NCBI GenBank assembly: GCA_963662405.2
Contig: CAXXKT010000001.1
Location: 1-64,000, forward strand
Direction: 5' to 3'
From: Syntrophales bacterium
GTDB lineage: Bacteria; Desulfobacterota; Syntrophia; Syntrophales; UBA2210
DNA: 64,000 nt
Shown here: one piece after another, positions 37,944-48,310 of the stretch
Numbering within the stretch: the first letter of the stretch is position 1
How the letters are laid out: each line of letters starts with the position of its first letter
Position numbers and translations under genes: made by a program
Notes under the pieces: model-generated
What the model saw: the letters and a program-made list of their open reading frames with translations, nothing else
Databases searched by the model: none
Told to the model about the DNA's origin: nothing

Positions 37944-38186
37944 TCAGCCCACGATGCGCAGGGCGAGGTAAGGGACGAGGTTGAACAGGATGATCCCGAG
38001 TTTAAACAGGCCCATTCCCGCATAGTGGATGGTATCGAATCGGTCGACCGGGATGGCAAACCACCTGCCGTGCAGCCGGTACATCCAATCGTGGGCCAGG
38101 ATATAGATCAGGGACCACAACAGCAAAAGGCCGATATTGATGACCGAACACCACGCCAGCATGCTCCGTGTCAGTTCCATGGTCAT
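37944..38186 (-). CDS. Small membrane protein (DUF6868-like)
   Basis: WCSVIN...HGRWF...IHYAGMGLFKLGIILFNLVPYLAL. Confidence 0.7.
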   Translation of the reverse strand: MTMELTRSMLAWCSVINIGLLLLWSLIYILAHDWMYRLHGRWFAIPVDRFDTIHYAGMGLFKLGIILFNLVPYLALRIVG

Positions 38187-38211
38187 GATTTCATCCCCCC
38201 CAGGCACACAG

Positions 38212-38386
38212 CACAAAACCCCGCCTCTGTGTGAGAAACGGGGTTCTGGTATAATTCGTCCATATGCTCCTCTTTCCATGAAATGAAAAGAAGCAAGCCA
38301 CGATTCCGTCATATACTTCCGATAACACTTTTTTCCATACTACATTGCCGAAAGGGTTGTCAAATTGTTCGTGTTCTCTTTCCGCC
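38212..38386 (-). ncRNA. Candidate sRNA/leader unit A (promoter, hairpin, terminator)
   Basis: Paralogous to 39279-39454; TTGACA/TAGTAT, terminator CCCCGTTTCT...AGAGGCGGGGTTTT. Confidence 0.45.
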
Positions 38387-38513
38387 GTCCTCCCGAACGG
38401 CACTGACCGAACTTCATGCCCGGGGGATTCGATCCGACGGGGTTCCTCTCAGGGAGAAAAGGGTGGCGAATCGGGGGTCAATGCCTTAAAAGGACTTCCT
38501 GCCTAAGAAGATC

Positions 38514-39140
38514 TCAATCTTTTTCCAATACGAAGAATCGGTGATAGGTATTCTGAGGTACTGTGCGATTGACGATGATCCGGAACCCCGCACGCTCAAT
38601 ATCCGCCACGATTCTCTTCAGCGGATATCCCCGGACACCGATTTCCCAATAATGATTCCGTCCCGCCGGTTTTTCATACGGCGGATATCGACCGATATCC
38701 CGGAATATACCTATGTAGGCATCTTTTTTCATCCAAGGCAGATGTAACTGAAAATCAAGATACTTCCTGCCCTGGGGAAGCGAGAGGAGAACATGCTTCC
38801 GGGCTACCCGGTAAAACGATCGAAGGCAGGGGAGAAACTGATCGTATTCCAGGTGTTCGAGCACCTGAAACGATGCGATCAGATCAAACGACTCTTCCTT
38901 GAACGGCAGTGTCCTGATATCGGCCGTAATATCGGCGGCGACATCTTTGGATATGTCGCAGGTCAGCATAGAGTATCCCAGTGCTCGCAGGGTGGACGAC
39001 ATGATCCCGTCGCCGACACCCAATTCAAGGATGGTATCCGGCCGGCATTCCGAAATATACTGCATCTGCCAGTAGTAACTGACCCACCGGTTGTATTTGA
39101 TCCGTTTGTAGTATGTATCATCACTTCTGGAGAGGATCAT
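38514..39140 (-). CDS. Class I SAM-dependent methyltransferase
   Basis: LELGVGDG, LPFKEESFD, QVLEHL, HYWEIG. Confidence 0.82.
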   Translation of the reverse strand: MILSRSDDTYYKRIKYNRWVSYYWQMQYISECRPDTILELGVGDGIMSSTLRALGYSMLTCDISKDVAADITADIRTLPFKEESFDLIASFQVLEHLEYDQFLPCLRSFYRVARKHVLLSLPQGRKYLDFQLHLPWMKKDAYIGIFRDIGRYPPYEKPAGRNHYWEIGVRGYPLKRIVADIERAGFRIIVNRTVPQNTYHRFFVLEKD

Positions 39141-39278
39141 CGTTATTGCCTCAATACCGTTGAAAATCGATGGCGACCGTTCTCCTCGCACATCTCATAC
39201 CGAAAGTCGGTACGTATCCGTTGATAGACAGCCTTGACACCAACAACTCCCCTGACATTAACAGCCCCGGTCCCACGA

Positions 39279-39454
39279 CACAAAACCCCGCCTCTGTCTG
39301 AGAAACGGGGCCCCGATATCCCCAAACCACATGCTCCCCTTCTCGCAAGATGAAGAGGGGCACGCCAGGATTACGACGCGTACGCACTAAAACGATTAGT
39401 TTTCTTACTACAGTGCCGAAACAGTTGTCAAACTCTTCATATCTTCTTTCCGCC
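39279..39454 (-). ncRNA. Candidate sRNA/leader unit B
   Basis: Paralog of 38212-38386. Confidence 0.45.
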
Positions 39455-39496
39455 AATTTCTCGAGTTCTCGATTGGGTTCAATACCGCATATACAA

Positions 39497-39521
39497 CGAA
39501 AGCCGGGACTATATCCCGGCT
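39497..39521 (-). terminator. Terminator-like hairpin downstream of gldA
   Basis: AGCCGGGA-TATAG-TCCCGGCT-TTCG. Confidence 0.55.
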
Positions 39522-39597
39522 CACATCGGCAGTGCAGGCCTTTCGGGAAAATCGCCCGTACGGAAACGCCCGGCACTGTGTAAAATAATTGTTGCTC

Positions 39598-40689
39598 TTA
39601 CCCTTTTCGGCGAATGCCTTCCGCATTCGCCATTTTCAACGAAGCGACCACATCTTGCGCGGTTACCGGGATCAATTCATTGTGAACGGATTGCTTCGCC
39701 CCGCAGGCAATCTCGGCAACCTTCATCAGATCATCGTCCGACACGCCGTCGAGGCCGATATCGGCGAACGTCGAGGGCAGACCGACCGATCGACAGAAAG
39801 AATAGACCTCGTCGATGGTTTCCTTCGGCTTGTCGGTGAGGAAAAGAGAGGCAAGGACCCCGAGGGCGACCTTCTCGCCGTGATAATACCCATGGCACTG
39901 CTCAAGCGCCGTCAGGCCGTCATGGATTGCATGTGCCGCGGCAAGACCACCGCTTTCAAATCCCAGACCGCTCAGGAGGGTATTGGCCTCCGTGACGTGT
40001 TCCAGCGCGGGGGTAACGACCTTCGCTTCACATGCCATTTTGGCCGCCATGCCATGTTCGATAAGGAGATCATAACAGAGACGCGCAAGGGTGAAGACCG
40101 CCGCCGACCCGGCGCCCCCGGCCATATTCCGGGCATGTTTGATCATACACGATTCCGCCTCGAACCACGTGGCCAGCGCGTCACCCATCCCCGCCACCAG
40201 GAGTCTCACGGGCGAACGGGCGATGATGTCCGTATCGACCAACACGACATCGGGGTTTTTCCGAAGGACCAGAAGGCGTTTAATGCGTCCCGTCTCACGG
40301 TAGATCACCGACAGGGCACTGCACGGGGCATCCGTCGAGGCAATGGTCGGGACCACGATGACCGGACACGAGAGATTGTGGGCAACCGCCTTGGCCGTAT
40401 CCAGGGTCTTTCCCCCGCCGATCCCGATGATTACGTCACATGCCGCGTTCTTCGCCAGATCACCCAACCGGTCGATCTCTTCATCCAGACATTCACGCCC
40501 GAACCGCTCGGCGACAATCGGAACGGCGGCCTCCAGCTCTTCCCTGAGGGGGGGAAGAACGGTGTCAAAGGATGAGGGACTGCAGATGAGAAACCCCTTC
40601 GTCCCATAGCGGGGGATCAGTTTGGTCAGACGCGCGATAGCGCCGCTCCCTTGTACATATCGTCCGGGGAAAATAGTGGTCGTAATCAT
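39598..40689 (-). CDS. gldA: Glycerol dehydrogenase
   Basis: PGRYVQG, GGGKTLD, STDAPCSALSV, GFESGGLAAAHAIH, HGEKVA. Confidence 0.9.
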   Translation of the reverse strand: MITTTIFPGRYVQGSGAIARLTKLIPRYGTKGFLICSPSSFDTVLPPLREELEAAVPIVAERFGRECLDEEIDRLGDLAKNAACDVIIGIGGGKTLDTAKAVAHNLSCPVIVVPTIASTDAPCSALSVIYRETGRIKRLLVLRKNPDVVLVDTDIIARSPVRLLVAGMGDALATWFEAESCMIKHARNMAGGAGSAAVFTLARLCYDLLIEHGMAAKMACEAKVVTPALEHVTEANTLLSGLGFESGGLAAAHAIHDGLTALEQCHGYYHGEKVALGVLASLFLTDKPKETIDEVYSFCRSVGLPSTFADIGLDGVSDDDLMKVAEIACGAKQSVHNELIPVTAQDVVASLKMANAEGIRRKG

Positions 40690-40804
40690 ACCGTATACCT
40701 TTCCTGTGAGATGATTGTGGGCGGAGCATACCATCGGTCCGCTTCGAAAGCAATCACCTCGGATTCACCTCAACCGGCACGAGAAGATACTGTCTCTCCC
40801 GTCC

Positions 40805-41944
40805 CTATTTCAAGAGCTCCCGCGATATGACCAGCTTCATGATCTGGTTGGTCCCCTCGTAGATCTGGGTGATCTTTGCATCCCGCATCATCCGCTCGAA
40901 GGGATATTCACGCATGTATCCGTATCCGCCGGCAATCTGAAGGGCATCGGTGGTGACCTTCATGGCGACATTCGAGGCAACCAGTTTCGAGGAGGCGGAC
41001 AGGTAGCTCTTGTTCGGATCGTTATTATCAATCAGGCGTGCGGCCTGATAGACGAGGCTCCGTGCCGCATCCAACTCCGCCGCCATGTCGGCCAGCATCC
41101 AGCTGATCCCCTGAAAAGCGGCGATCGGTCTGCCGAACTGGACCCGCTCTTTGGCATATTTGGCGGCCAGTTCCAAGGCCCCCTTGGCGACGCCGCAGGC
41201 CTGTGCCCCGATGACGGGGCGTGAGGTATCGAGGGTCTTCATGGCGTAGATGAACCCCTTCCCCTCCTCGCCGATGAGGTTTTCCGCCGGGATCTCGACA
41301 TCTTCAAAGAGCAACTCTCCCGTGGGGGACCCCTTGATCCCCATCTTCTTCTCCCACTTCGCCACGGAAAAGCCGGGCGTGTCGGTGGGAACGATGAAGG
41401 CACTGATCCCTTTAACACCTTTCGAGGAATCGGTCATGGCAAAGACCGTCAGGAGATTTGCCACGGGACCGTTGGTGATGAAACACTTGCTCCCGTTGAT
41501 GACGTAGGTGTCACCCTTCTTCACCGCACGGGTCGACATGGCACCGGAATCGGAACCGGCCCCCGGTTCGGTCAGACAGTAAGAGATCAGGACCTCCCCC
41601 GAGGCGACGAGGGGACCATATTTCTTTTTCTGTTCTTCGGTCCCGCCGATGAGGATCGGCTCCCATCCCAGCGATTGTCCCTGGACGATGAGCGACGAAC
41701 TGACGCAGGCACGGGCGATTTCTTCGACGGCAAGGCAGGTATAGAGATGTCCCTGATCGGCACCGCCGTACTGCTCGGGGACGGACAGGCCCAGGAGCCC
41801 CATATCCTGAAATATCTGTTTCAGATCCCAGGGGAATTCTTCTTTTTCATCGATCTCGGCAGCACGCGGCGCGACCTTCTCATCAACCATTCGCCTGAGC
41901 TGCTCGACAAACATCTTTTGTTCTTCGTTATCTAATAGATACAT
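40805..41944 (-). CDS. Acyl-CoA (butyryl-CoA-like) dehydrogenase
   Basis: LTEPGAGSD, NGSKCFITNG, ERVQFG, GGYGYMREY, YEGTNQI. Confidence 0.92.
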   Translation of the reverse strand: MYLLDNEEQKMFVEQLRRMVDEKVAPRAAEIDEKEEFPWDLKQIFQDMGLLGLSVPEQYGGADQGHLYTCLAVEEIARACVSSSLIVQGQSLGWEPILIGGTEEQKKKYGPLVASGEVLISYCLTEPGAGSDSGAMSTRAVKKGDTYVINGSKCFITNGPVANLLTVFAMTDSSKGVKGISAFIVPTDTPGFSVAKWEKKMGIKGSPTGELLFEDVEIPAENLIGEEGKGFIYAMKTLDTSRPVIGAQACGVAKGALELAAKYAKERVQFGRPIAAFQGISWMLADMAAELDAARSLVYQAARLIDNNDPNKSYLSASSKLVASNVAMKVTTDALQIAGGYGYMREYPFERMMRDAKITQIYEGTNQIMKLVISRELLK

Positions 41945-42024
41945 GTTAACTCCCTTCTCAACACCGGCCGTTCGTACCCGACCTTCGCATAAAAATCGTT
42001 TTTACTGATTATCGATCTCTCCGT

Positions 42025-42498
42025 TTACACCGACAAGGTCCAACCCGTAACCGGCGCCCGTTTCATCATGAGTTTTTTGTATCCGGACTGAACGACCACG
42101 TTATCCTGATTCATGACTTCCAGGTAGAGGGTAATGATCCCTCTGTCAAGTTTGCTCGTGCTCTCTTTCTTCTCTGTAACCCTGAAATGGACCTGGATGG
42201 TATCGCCGAAGAAGACCGGTGCACGAAATTTCCATTCGTCAACGCTCAAAAAGGCGATGGCCGTTCCTTCCAGGTATCCCGTCCGGAAAAGGAGACCGTG
42301 AGAGATCGCCAATATCAGAAGTCCATGAGCGATCCTCTTGCCGAACTGATTCTGTTTCGTAACCTCGGCACTCGTATGGAGTTCGTTGTAATCGCCGCTC
42401 ATGGCCGCAAACATGACCACGTCGGTTTCGGTTATCGTCCGGGTCGGGGTGACATACCCCTCATTTTCAACCCATTCGTCAAAGTACTTTCCACTCAT
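42025..42498 (-). CDS. MaoC family dehydratase
   Basis: RTITETD, SGDYNELH, RIAHG, PVFFGDT. Confidence 0.88.
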   Translation of the reverse strand: MSGKYFDEWVENEGYVTPTRTITETDVVMFAAMSGDYNELHTSAEVTKQNQFGKRIAHGLLILAISHGLLFRTGYLEGTAIAFLSVDEWKFRAPVFFGDTIQVHFRVTEKKESTSKLDRGIITLYLEVMNQDNVVVQSGYKKLMMKRAPVTGWTLSV

Positions 42499-42562
42499 CT
42501 ATCTGCTGTTTCCTTTCCAGCGTCAGCACCGCGCATCACCCCGCCGCGTTCGCAGGGAATGC

Positions 42563-43270
42563 TTATCCGACACCGAGAAGCTGCTGTTGAAGTTCCGCAT
42601 CATCTCGTAATACGTGCGGATCTCCCTCGAATATAATCCGTCCCATCTCCATAACGTAACAGACATCGAGAAACTCCAGGAACTGGGGCGAAAACTGTTC
42701 CACGACAATCATGCTGATGTTGTGTTCCTTTTTGATCTTGAAGATCATCGAAATCAGGTGTTCCGCAATCAGCGGCGCCAGTCCCTCCGTCGGCTCGTCG
42801 AGGAGGATCAGGTCGGGATCACCCATCATGGTTCGGGCGACCGTGAGCATCTGTTGCTCGCCGCCGCTCATCTCGCACCCCAGGTTGTTTTCGAGGATCT
42901 TGAGTTTGGGGAAATAGTCATAGACCTCCTTGAGATCCCATTTAACCGTATCCTTCTTCGCCTTTTTCCCGACGATCAGGTTCTGTTTGACCGTCAGATT
43001 GGGAAATATGGCCCGGTCCTCGGGGACAAAACCGACCCCCTTATTCGCTATCTGGTATGCCGGAAGTCCGCTGATATCCTCGCCGCAGTACAGGATCTGC
43101 CCGTCATACCGGGGCGGGTTCAGTCCCATGATGCTCCTGAGCACCGAGGTCTTGCCGGCGCCATTGCGACCGAAGAGCCCGATCAGTTGTCCCTCTTCGA
43201 TCTTCAGGTTGATATCAAACAGGATATGGGCATCGCCGTAGAAACTATTGACATTTTTAAGCTCAAGCAT
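42563..43270 (-). CDS. livF: Branched-chain-type ABC transporter ATPase
   Basis: GRNGAGKT, MSGGEQQM, LDEPTEGLAP. Confidence 0.88.
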   Translation of the reverse strand: MLELKNVNSFYGDAHILFDINLKIEEGQLIGLFGRNGAGKTSVLRSIMGLNPPRYDGQILYCGEDISGLPAYQIANKGVGFVPEDRAIFPNLTVKQNLIVGKKAKKDTVKWDLKEVYDYFPKLKILENNLGCEMSGGEQQMLTVARTMMGDPDLILLDEPTEGLAPLIAEHLISMIFKIKKEHNISMIVVEQFSPQFLEFLDVCYVMEMGRIIFEGDPHVLRDDAELQQQLLGVG

Positions 43271-44015
43271 TGTCTCTCTCCCCTAGATACGCCTTCTGAA
43301 CCTGCGCATTATTCGAAATCTCATCTTTCGTCCCCAAGGCGAGGACCGCACCCTGGTTCAGGACCAGGATCTTGTCCGAGATGGTGAAGACCGCGTCCAT
43401 ATCGTGTTCGACGATGATCAGTTTCATATCTTTTTTGAAATCTTCCGTGATCAACTGAATGATACGGACCCGCTCACCCTTCGCCAGGCCGCTCATGGGC
43501 TCATCGAGGAGGAGAACATCCGGCTCGGTGGTCAACGACATCGCCAGGTCCAGGATCTTCCGGTCGCCGTGGGAAATGGCCGTTACCACCTGATCCTTGA
43601 TGTCGATCAGGTGGACCCGTTCCAGGATCGCCAGTGCCTTGTCACGGACCGTTTTGTTGTTCAGAAAATTACGGAAGAGATTTCCCTTGAATCCCAGATT
43701 ACTCTGGACACCAATGCGCATGTTATCGAGGACGGTCATCTCCTCAAAGAGACTGACCACCTGGAATGAGCGGGATATCTTGTGCCGGATAATCTTCTCG
43801 GGGGGCAGTCCCGTAATATTCGTCCCTTTATACAGGATCTTCCCTTCATCCGGTTTGTGAAAGCCGGTCAACAAATTGAAAAACGTCGTCTTTCCGGCCC
43901 CATTTGGTCCGATGATTGAAAGGATACCCTCTTCTTCTATTTCGAGATCCACATGATCAGTCGCCACCAGTGAACCGAATCGCTTTGTCAAGCCTGTGAT
44001 GGAAAAGAGTGACAT
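43263..44015 (-). CDS. livG: Branched-chain-type ABC transporter ATPase
   Basis: GPNGAGKTT, LLDEP, EHDM, AYLG. Confidence 0.88.
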   Translation of the reverse strand: MSLFSITGLTKRFGSLVATDHVDLEIEEEGILSIIGPNGAGKTTFFNLLTGFHKPDEGKILYKGTNITGLPPEKIIRHKISRSFQVVSLFEEMTVLDNMRIGVQSNLGFKGNLFRNFLNNKTVRDKALAILERVHLIDIKDQVVTAISHGDRKILDLAMSLTTEPDVLLLDEPMSGLAKGERVRIIQLITEDFKKDMKLIIVEHDMDAVFTISDKILVLNQGAVLALGTKDEISNNAQVQKAYLGERDNA

Positions 44016-44078
44016 TGTCTTTTATCCTCTTGTCTGTATCGTGCATTATCCCGGCATGGCCATGGTAATGCATGAAAT

Positions 44079-45014
44079 CTATTTATTTTTAAACATCCCC
44101 AGCAAACCCGTCGGGAATGCAAGGATAATCACGACAAAGGACAGGCCGTACAGGAGTGCCCAGTGGTCCCAGAATGCGCTGATCAGTTCTTTCGCCAACA
44201 GGAATATGATGCTGCCGACGATGGGACCGTAAAAGCTTACCGTACCGCCACCCAGAAGGGTCGCAATCACGACATCTCCGGACTTCGTCCAGTCCAGAAT
44301 ATCGGCAAAAGCCGATTGAGTCAGGAAACAGTAGAGGCTCCCCGCCAGACCGGCGAAAAGCCCGGAGATGAGATAGACCCTGAATTTATAACTTCCCGTA
44401 TTGTACCCGAGATACTGCGCGCGAACAGGATTCTGGCGAATCGCCTTCAATGACATCCCGAAGGATGAATCGGCGATCATGCGGATAATGATCGCACAGA
44501 CAACAAACACCGCAAACACCAGATAATAGTAGGTGGTCGAATCGCTTATGTCGAGCCCCATGGCCGATGTTCTTTTAATACCCATCAACCCCGACTCACC
44601 GCCGGTCACCTCGTCCCAGCGCCAGCAGATGCCGAAGAGTACCTGTGTAAAGACAACCGTCAGGAGGGCAAAATAGGTGCCCTTTTTATTCCTGATCACA
44701 TACCCCAATACCCCGGCAAAGAGACAACCCGTCAGCGCCCCGATGATAACCGGGATGACAAACCCGCCGTTATCGAAAAAACGCAGGAACACAATAGCCG
44801 CGCCGTACGACCCCACGCCGTAGAAGGCACCGTGCCCGAACGACGGCAGACCGGTATACCCGAGACACAGGTTAAAACTCAGGGTAAAGATAAACCACAG
44901 AAGCAGCTCCGTCCCCAGCGATGTGAAATTCCCGATGTAGGGCAGCACGGGGTAAAGAAGGAATATGAGAAAAATCCAGAGATATGGATCTTTAAGTATC
45001 TTATTCATGTGCAC
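44079..45014 (-). CDS. livM: Branched-chain-type ABC permease
   Basis: GYTGLPSFGH, YFALLT, TGGESG, LLGG. Confidence 0.86.
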   Translation of the reverse strand: MHMNKILKDPYLWIFLIFLLYPVLPYIGNFTSLGTELLLWFIFTLSFNLCLGYTGLPSFGHGAFYGVGSYGAAIVFLRFFDNGGFVIPVIIGALTGCLFAGVLGYVIRNKKGTYFALLTVVFTQVLFGICWRWDEVTGGESGLMGIKRTSAMGLDISDSTTYYYLVFAVFVVCAIIIRMIADSSFGMSLKAIRQNPVRAQYLGYNTGSYKFRVYLISGLFAGLAGSLYCFLTQSAFADILDWTKSGDVVIATLLGGGTVSFYGPIVGSIIFLLAKELISAFWDHWALLYGLSFVVIILAFPTGLLGMFKNK

Positions 45015-45085
45015 GTAACCTCCAATTGAGCATCATCGAATGCGTCATATATCGCCGACAATGCCGTACCCACCATTTGATCTTT

Positions 45086-45958
45086 CTAGTCGGCGATATT
45101 CTGTTCGCCGAAAAATCCCCGGGGCCAGAAATAGATGACCACACCGAGGAGCACATAGGGGACGATGTCGACGAAACGCGGAAAGACCAGCGTCATCAAC
45201 GCCGATGTGACCCCCACGAGCAGGCCCGCAACAACGGTTCCGGGGATGCTCCCAAGCCCACCCATCAATACGATCAAAAAGGAGGGCATGAGCACCGAGG
45301 ATCCCATCCCCGACTTGATGCTCCATATGGGGGCGGCCAGGATGCCGGAGAGGCCCGCCAGCGCGGTGCCTAATATAAAGACCGTTGTCCTCAGTTTCGG
45401 CAGGTTATGCCCCAGGGCCCCGATCATCTCACCGTTGAACATACCGGCCTTGACAATGGCCCCGAATTTCGTCTTACTGATCAGGAGCCAGGTGCCTCCG
45501 ACCATGACGGCGGCGAAGATGCCGATAAAGATACGGTATTCCGAATATATGAAGTCCCCTATGATAATACAGCCGTTTGCAAAGTCAGGGGCACTGACGT
45601 TATGGGCGGCCGGGCCGAAGATCATCCTGATAAGCTCTTCAAGGGCGATGGAAAAACCCAGCGTTATCAGCAGGCCGAAGAGGGGATCCAATCCGTAGAC
45701 CCTCCGTATCAGGAGGCGTTCTATGAGAAATCCGATGGCGGCGACGAGGATGGGGACAACGACAATGGTCGGCCAGAACCCGATAGCATCCTTGAGCAGC
45801 CAGAAAAAGTAGGCGCCGAAGGCGAACATGACGCCATGGCAGAAATTGATGACACCTGAAACACCGAGTACCAGGCTGAAGCCCAGCGCTACCGCTGCAT
45901 ATACGAGGCCGAGAACGACACCGTTCAGGAGAAGGGATATGATCAGTACACTATTCAT
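45086..45958 (-). CDS. livH: Branched-chain-type ABC permease
   Basis: ALGFSLVLG..INFCHG, GGLGSIPG, PRGFFG. Confidence 0.86.
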   Translation of the reverse strand: MNSVLIISLLLNGVVLGLVYAAVALGFSLVLGVSGVINFCHGVMFAFGAYFFWLLKDAIGFWPTIVVVPILVAAIGFLIERLLIRRVYGLDPLFGLLITLGFSIALEELIRMIFGPAAHNVSAPDFANGCIIIGDFIYSEYRIFIGIFAAVMVGGTWLLISKTKFGAIVKAGMFNGEMIGALGHNLPKLRTTVFILGTALAGLSGILAAPIWSIKSGMGSSVLMPSFLIVLMGGLGSIPGTVVAGLLVGVTSALMTLVFPRFVDIVPYVLLGVVIYFWPRGFFGEQNIAD

Positions 45959-46037
45959 GGTGTAACCTCTGTTCGCGGTTGCAGGGTGAGTCCCCGGAGC
46001 TTACGGTACCGGGGCCCTCACCCATACAAACGACACG

Positions 46038-47276
46038 TTATTTTTTACAGCTTACATCGACAGGATTCTCTTCCTTCGTCCGAGCAACATCGATCGCGGG
46101 GACAACAGCCTTGATTTCCATGATATCCGTTCCCTCGGCCTCGGTATTTCCCTTACCCAGGACAACCGACGTCATGAACTGGTGGTCCCACGGCCTGACC
46201 CACGTGGGGGTCGCGCGCATATTATCCTTAAGGGTCAGACCTTCCATTGCGCAGATAACCTTTTCCACATCATCAGCCGTCCCCGCCTTCTTGATTGCCT
46301 CAAGGAGAACCTTCATGGAAAGCCACCCGTTATAGCTTCCGTTATCCAGCACGGGGCAGGCGGCGGCAGGGTACTTCTTTGCGAAGGTCTCGGTCCACGC
46401 ACGGGTCTCAGGAGTCTCGTTCCAGCAGACCTCGGTCATGAAGTAGGGTTGGCGCTCCTTCTTGTCCAGCGGCCACATATCGACATACTCCATCAGGGTA
46501 TACCAGACATTCATCTTGTCGTAGATCTTGTATTCGGCAAGCTGCTTCATCAAGGCAACGTTGTCGAACCCGGCGCAGGTGATGACGAGGACATCGGCCC
46601 CGGAATTCCGCACCTGCAGGAGCTGGGAGCTGAAATCACGCGTTCCCAACGGAACCTTGATCTCACCGACTTCCTTACAACCCAGGTCCTTCATGGCATT
46701 CCGTGCCCACCTGGTTCCCGAATGGCCCCATGAGTAATCATGGGTAATGAAGTACCACTTTTTTCCGAGATTATCAGAGACATACTTGGCACCACCCCGA
46801 ACGAGGATAGCCATACTGGGGGCGGAACGGAAGACGTTGTGCCGTGCATTCTGTCCGGTCAGTGTATCGGAATTACCGTTGGTCGCGATGTACAGGACAT
46901 TCTTTTCCTCGGCAACGGCACCGATTGCGGTTGCAACCGAGCTGCTCACCGCACCCATCATGAACTTGACACCATCCACCTCGATCAATCTTCTGGCGCG
47001 CCTGGCTGCCGTATCAGGATTTGTTTCGGAATCCGCCGTAATCAGCGTCACGGGACGTCCCAAAACCTCTCCACCGTACTCATCGAGGGCAATCTGCATA
47101 CCGGCCCTTTCAAGGGCCCCATGATCACCATAGTTTCCCGAAACGGGACTTACCAGACCGATCCTGATGGGTTCCACCCCGAAGGCAGGGGACACCAGCA
47201 ACCCGCCAATGACCAATGCACACAGCACCAATACAAACGCGCCACCCAATCTCATACTTCCCTTTGCTTTCATCAT
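46038..47276 (-). CDS. ABC substrate-binding protein (LivK/J-like)
   Basis: Signal peptide, IRIG..PVSG, GEVLGRPV, DYSWG, DFSSQL. Confidence 0.85.
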   Translation of the reverse strand: MMKAKGSMRLGGAFVLVLCALVIGGLLVSPAFGVEPIRIGLVSPVSGNYGDHGALERAGMQIALDEYGGEVLGRPVTLITADSETNPDTAARRARRLIEVDGVKFMMGAVSSSVATAIGAVAEEKNVLYIATNGNSDTLTGQNARHNVFRSAPSMAILVRGGAKYVSDNLGKKWYFITHDYSWGHSGTRWARNAMKDLGCKEVGEIKVPLGTRDFSSQLLQVRNSGADVLVITCAGFDNVALMKQLAEYKIYDKMNVWYTLMEYVDMWPLDKKERQPYFMTEVCWNETPETRAWTETFAKKYPAAACPVLDNGSYNGWLSMKVLLEAIKKAGTADDVEKVICAMEGLTLKDNMRATPTWVRPWDHQFMTSVVLGKGNTEAEGTDIMEIKAVVPAIDVARTKEENPVDVSCKK

Positions 47277-47501
47277 ACACTCCTCTTTCCCTAAAGGTAT
47301 TCGTAACATCTGTTACCAGCATACCGGCATTGGTTGTTCCCAATCCCGGCAACTCACCGTTGAGCATATCCAGCATCTTAAAAGGCGGACAATCCCGAGA
47401 TCGGGAACCCTCTATCCGCAGCATTCATCTCCCGCAGACCGCTTGGCCTGCGTATACAATTACAAAAGGCGCCGGAGCCATGTATAACGTCGGTGAGACA
47501 T

Positions 47502-47517
47502 TGCAATATTGATACCA
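47502..47517 (-). promoter_or_regulatory. sigma54 promoter for the transporter operon
   Basis: TGGTAT-CAATA-TTGCA (-24/-12). Confidence 0.65.
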
Positions 47518-48215
47518 CGCCAGAGAGATGTTCAATAGAAATTGTAATTCCGGTATGTTAGAGAAACTTCCGCGTGAGAGGATCCGTAAACAGCTTCAAT
47601 TCAGCTGAGGATTTATCATAAAACAGGAAACAATAACAGATGGTTATACAGCACTTCCTCTTTGTACCCACCGGGTGTTCAGACCGGCCCGGATGCAGAT
47701 TATCAACGGCCCCATCACGCCGGGGCATTCATTGATTATCCTTTATGTGCGGCAGGTTAGGGCAAAGAGTGAAAACCGCCGCATCCTTCTGGTGCGATAA
47801 TACACCGGAGGGTGCGCATGCCGATAACATGCCGTATTTAAGGTGATTATTATGATCTTCCCGTATCACATGGTGCATATTGTCACCGATACACCGTGTC
47901 GACGCATCACCGCACAGGAGTAACAGGCGGATCACGTGATACCTGCAAAGCGGTGAGTAGGGTGATGCCGGTACGGCGCTGAACGGCCCGATACCCCCTT
48001 TTTATCTCGCTTCCAGCCGTGGCAAGAATCAAAACATGAGAGGCCCTTCTCACCCGCTTTACCACAGCGTCACACACGATACCCTCCCCGCTCCGTCGAA
48101 ACCACGTTTACCAACAGGCCCTTTAATTACAATCACATTGAACGATATTCCGCCTCAATCCACGGGAGAAAGGCCTGCCGCTGAATCGTTACACCGCTGC
48201 AGCATATATTCCCGT

Positions 48216-48231
48216 TGGCATCAATTGTGCA
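48216..48231 (+). promoter_or_regulatory. sigma54 promoter for the crotonase operon
   Basis: TGGCAT-CAATT-GTGCA. Confidence 0.65.
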
Positions 48232-48310
48232 GAAGGAGGCATGTCAATGGATATCCCGGGTATGGGGATGAAAAACGCACGCTCCCTTTGCGGAGCAGGG
48301 AGAATAGCAG

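Noticed and set aside
31925..39140. Run of short co-oriented genes upstream of intI as a second cassette array
   Set aside because: I found no RYYYAAC...GTTRRRY hairpins between the genes, and GC content looks host-like.
38212..39454. c-di-GMP or other known riboswitch
   Set aside because: I could not find the GEMM tetraloop/receptor or other familiar aptamer consensus by eye; kept as an unknown RNA candidate.
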